DNA of 24,892 nucleotides, from positions 1 through 24,892 of the forward strand of contig JAKSOL010000028.1 in assembly GCA_024405635.1 (NCBI GenBank), given 5' to 3'. This DNA is from Salinivirgaceae bacterium. GTDB lineage: Bacteria; Bacteroidota; Bacteroidia; Bacteroidales; SZUA-534. The notes under the pieces were generated by a model, which did no database searches, was not told the origin of the DNA, and worked only from the letters and a program-made list of their open reading frames with translations. Made by a program: the position numbers and the translations under genes. Shown piece after piece: positions 24,001 through 24,892 of this stretch (position 1 is the stretch's first letter; every line of letters starts with the position of its first letter).

Positions 24001-24892
24001 CTTTCCATACCTGTTGAATTTCGCTGATACTCAGTTTTGTTTGATTGAGGAGTATGAAGTGTTTATCAAGGTCGGCATCGCTGTATAGCACGAAACATCG
24101 TGCCTCAAGATGCGGATCACGACCAGCGCGACCAGCCTCCTGCACATAGTTCTCCAGCGAATCGGAAATATCGTAATGTATCACCAACCCCACATCGCTC
24201 TTATCGACACCCATGCCAAAAGCCGAGGTGGCCACAATGATGCGCACCCTATCCGACATGAAAGCATCTTGATTGGCAATCTTGTCATCGGCCTCCATCT
24301 GTCCGTTGAAAGGTAGTGCCTTGAATCCGTCACGCGTGAGTTTCTCGGCAAGTAACCTTGTACGTTTGGTTCGCGAAACATAGACAATCGTTGGGCAATT
24401 ACTTTCGGCTATCAACGAACGCAGTTTCGTGTACTTGTCTTCATCGGTGTCGGCATGGATAACGGAATAGCGCAAGTTGGTTCTCGATGCCGTTGATGCA
24501 AACAATTGCAGATTAAGGCCGAGCGTCTGCTTAAAGTAATCGCAGATGTCCTGTACCACCTTTTGCTTGGCGGTAGCTGTGAAGCATGAAACGGGTATTG
24601 GTGTATCACAACGTTTCTTCTTTTGGTACTCACTGATAAACTTACCGATGTAGAGATAATCAACACGAAAATCCTGTCCCCAAGAAGAGAAACAATGGGC
24701 TTCGTCTATCACGAATCGCACCACATGACGCGCCAAGAGGATTTTCTCTATCGTCTTCGACCGAAGCATCTCGGGAGCAATGTAGAGCAGAGATGCGTCT
24801 CCATCTTGCACGCGTTGAATGGCCAGCGAACGGCTGATAGGATCGAGCAATCCGTTGATGGTGACGGCATCCGTAATGCCTCGTTCGGCAAG
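21071..24892 (-). CDS. Large RecQ-family (SF2) helicase fused to a UvrD/Rep-like (SF1) helicase; 5' end lies outside the window
   Basis: RecQ motifs: IAPE, VIDEAHCFSSWGQDFRVDY, CFTATA, VATSAFGMGVDKSDV, YVQEAGRAGRD. UvrD motifs: AGPGSGKT, LTFSRAAA, TFHS, IDEAQD, VGDDDQNIYEFRG, ENYRS, STIHKSKGREFD, YVGMTRAK. The frame stays open past 24850 (LAERGITDAVTING) to the window edge. Confidence 0.92.
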   Translation of the reverse strand, partial: LAERGITDAVTINGLLDPISRSLAIQRVQDGDASLLYIAPEMLRSKTIEKILLARHVVRFVIDEAHCFSSWGQDFRVDYLYIGKFISEYQKKKRCDTPIPVSCFTATAKQKVVQDICDYFKQTLGLNLQLFASTASRTNLRYSVIHADTDEDKYTKLRSLIAESNCPTIVYVSRTKRTRLLAEKLTRDGFKALPFNGQMEADDKIANQDAFMSDRVRIIVATSAFGMGVDKSDVGLVIHYDISDSLENYVQEAGRAGRDPHLEARCFVLYSDADLDKHFILLNQTKLSISEIQQVWKAVKEMTKLRMRACCSALEIARKAGWDDSVSDIETRVRTALSALEQAGYLERGNNVPHVYATGITVKNMDEARKRITESLLFENEEVEKSVRIIKSLISQKHIAKAQDAEAESRVDYLADILGLNKWEVVSAVERMRQEGILADTKDMSAYLNDAGESENKSKRLLERFTKLERYILNNIPDDALRISCKQLNDNAQNEGITTSTEKDIRTLLYFLTVKGYTRKKEDAAHNLEVKRMASVEATLKRAEKRLEICRFAIEWMYKLLSQTTSEESQKNGIHFSIVELLHDLKLQNQNLFGVLQDVQLEDVEEALLYLSKIGALKLEGGFLVLYNAMDIRRIKDNRLRYKQDDYRMLNEFYKQKIQQVHIVGEYANLMVRDYDAALRYVQDYFQMDYKRFVAKYFKGNRLQEIERNVTPEKYDQLFGALSPKQMEIISDKESRCIVVAAGPGSGKTRVLVHKLASLLLLEDVKHEQLLMLTFSRAAAIEFKQRLMGLIGNAAHFVEIKTFHSYCFDLLGRIGNLDDAKNVVSRAAQMISEGEVEPNRIAKTVLVIDEAQDMSSEEYTLVRALMNANEEMRVIAVGDDDQNIYEFRGSNSQYMAQLLRESDGRMVEMTENYRSAKQIVNYANLFVKGIRDRMKNSPIVSMSKEYGYVGVVHHSSTYMYEPLVRNLLQNRGKGTMCVLTQTNEEAVILVALLRKHGLQSKLIQSMDGFRFWNMAEVRLFLKYIEGQTRTPLIADDVWENAKRKTYEAYAASESLHYLKRCIELFEETNKAKYLTDFKEFVFESSVEDFCNLSGADVVVSTIHKSKGREFDDVYMLVTQPSHITDDELHRYYVGMTRAKQRLFIHTNSSIFDKLPADLQIVDSHQYEMPDEIALQLSHKDVNLGFFKTRKNEVLALRAGEQLRYDNNCLFTQNTNMPVAQLSQKMQTELVSWSEKKYQVSNASIRFIVAWRPKDAPRDEKEHAVLLVDLVLKK

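Overview
Chromosomal window from a Bacteroidota bacterium, probably Bacteroidales (DUF2795 protein, TAnnTTTG promoters, Bacteroidetes-type integrase and IS256 remnants). Bases 1 to ~1700 are a decayed integrative element just downstream of dnaK. It holds a 5'-truncated tyrosine integrase, the right end of an IS256-family element, a repeat- and hairpin-rich non-coding block and a truncated Cys-rich excisionase-like gene. Next come dnaK, a divergent DUF2795 gene and a DUF3795 + DUF5131 (radical-SAM-like) pair. These are followed by two paralogous non-SusC TonB-dependent receptors flanking a YfiR/DUF4154 gene, a rel-miaB-MFS operon and a convergent hisS-cation/H+ antiporter-(YgjV-like/GNAT-like) operon. 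The window ends in the 3' part of a large RecQ + UvrD double-helicase fusion that runs off the right edge. The best candidates for an under-described system are (i) the TBDR-YfiR-TBDR cluster, which has a conserved N-terminal helical extension and no adjacent output enzyme, and (ii) the compositionally mosaic SF2+SF1 helicase fusion. No rRNA, tRNA or CRISPR array was seen. All family calls come from motif recognition by eye, not from database searches.
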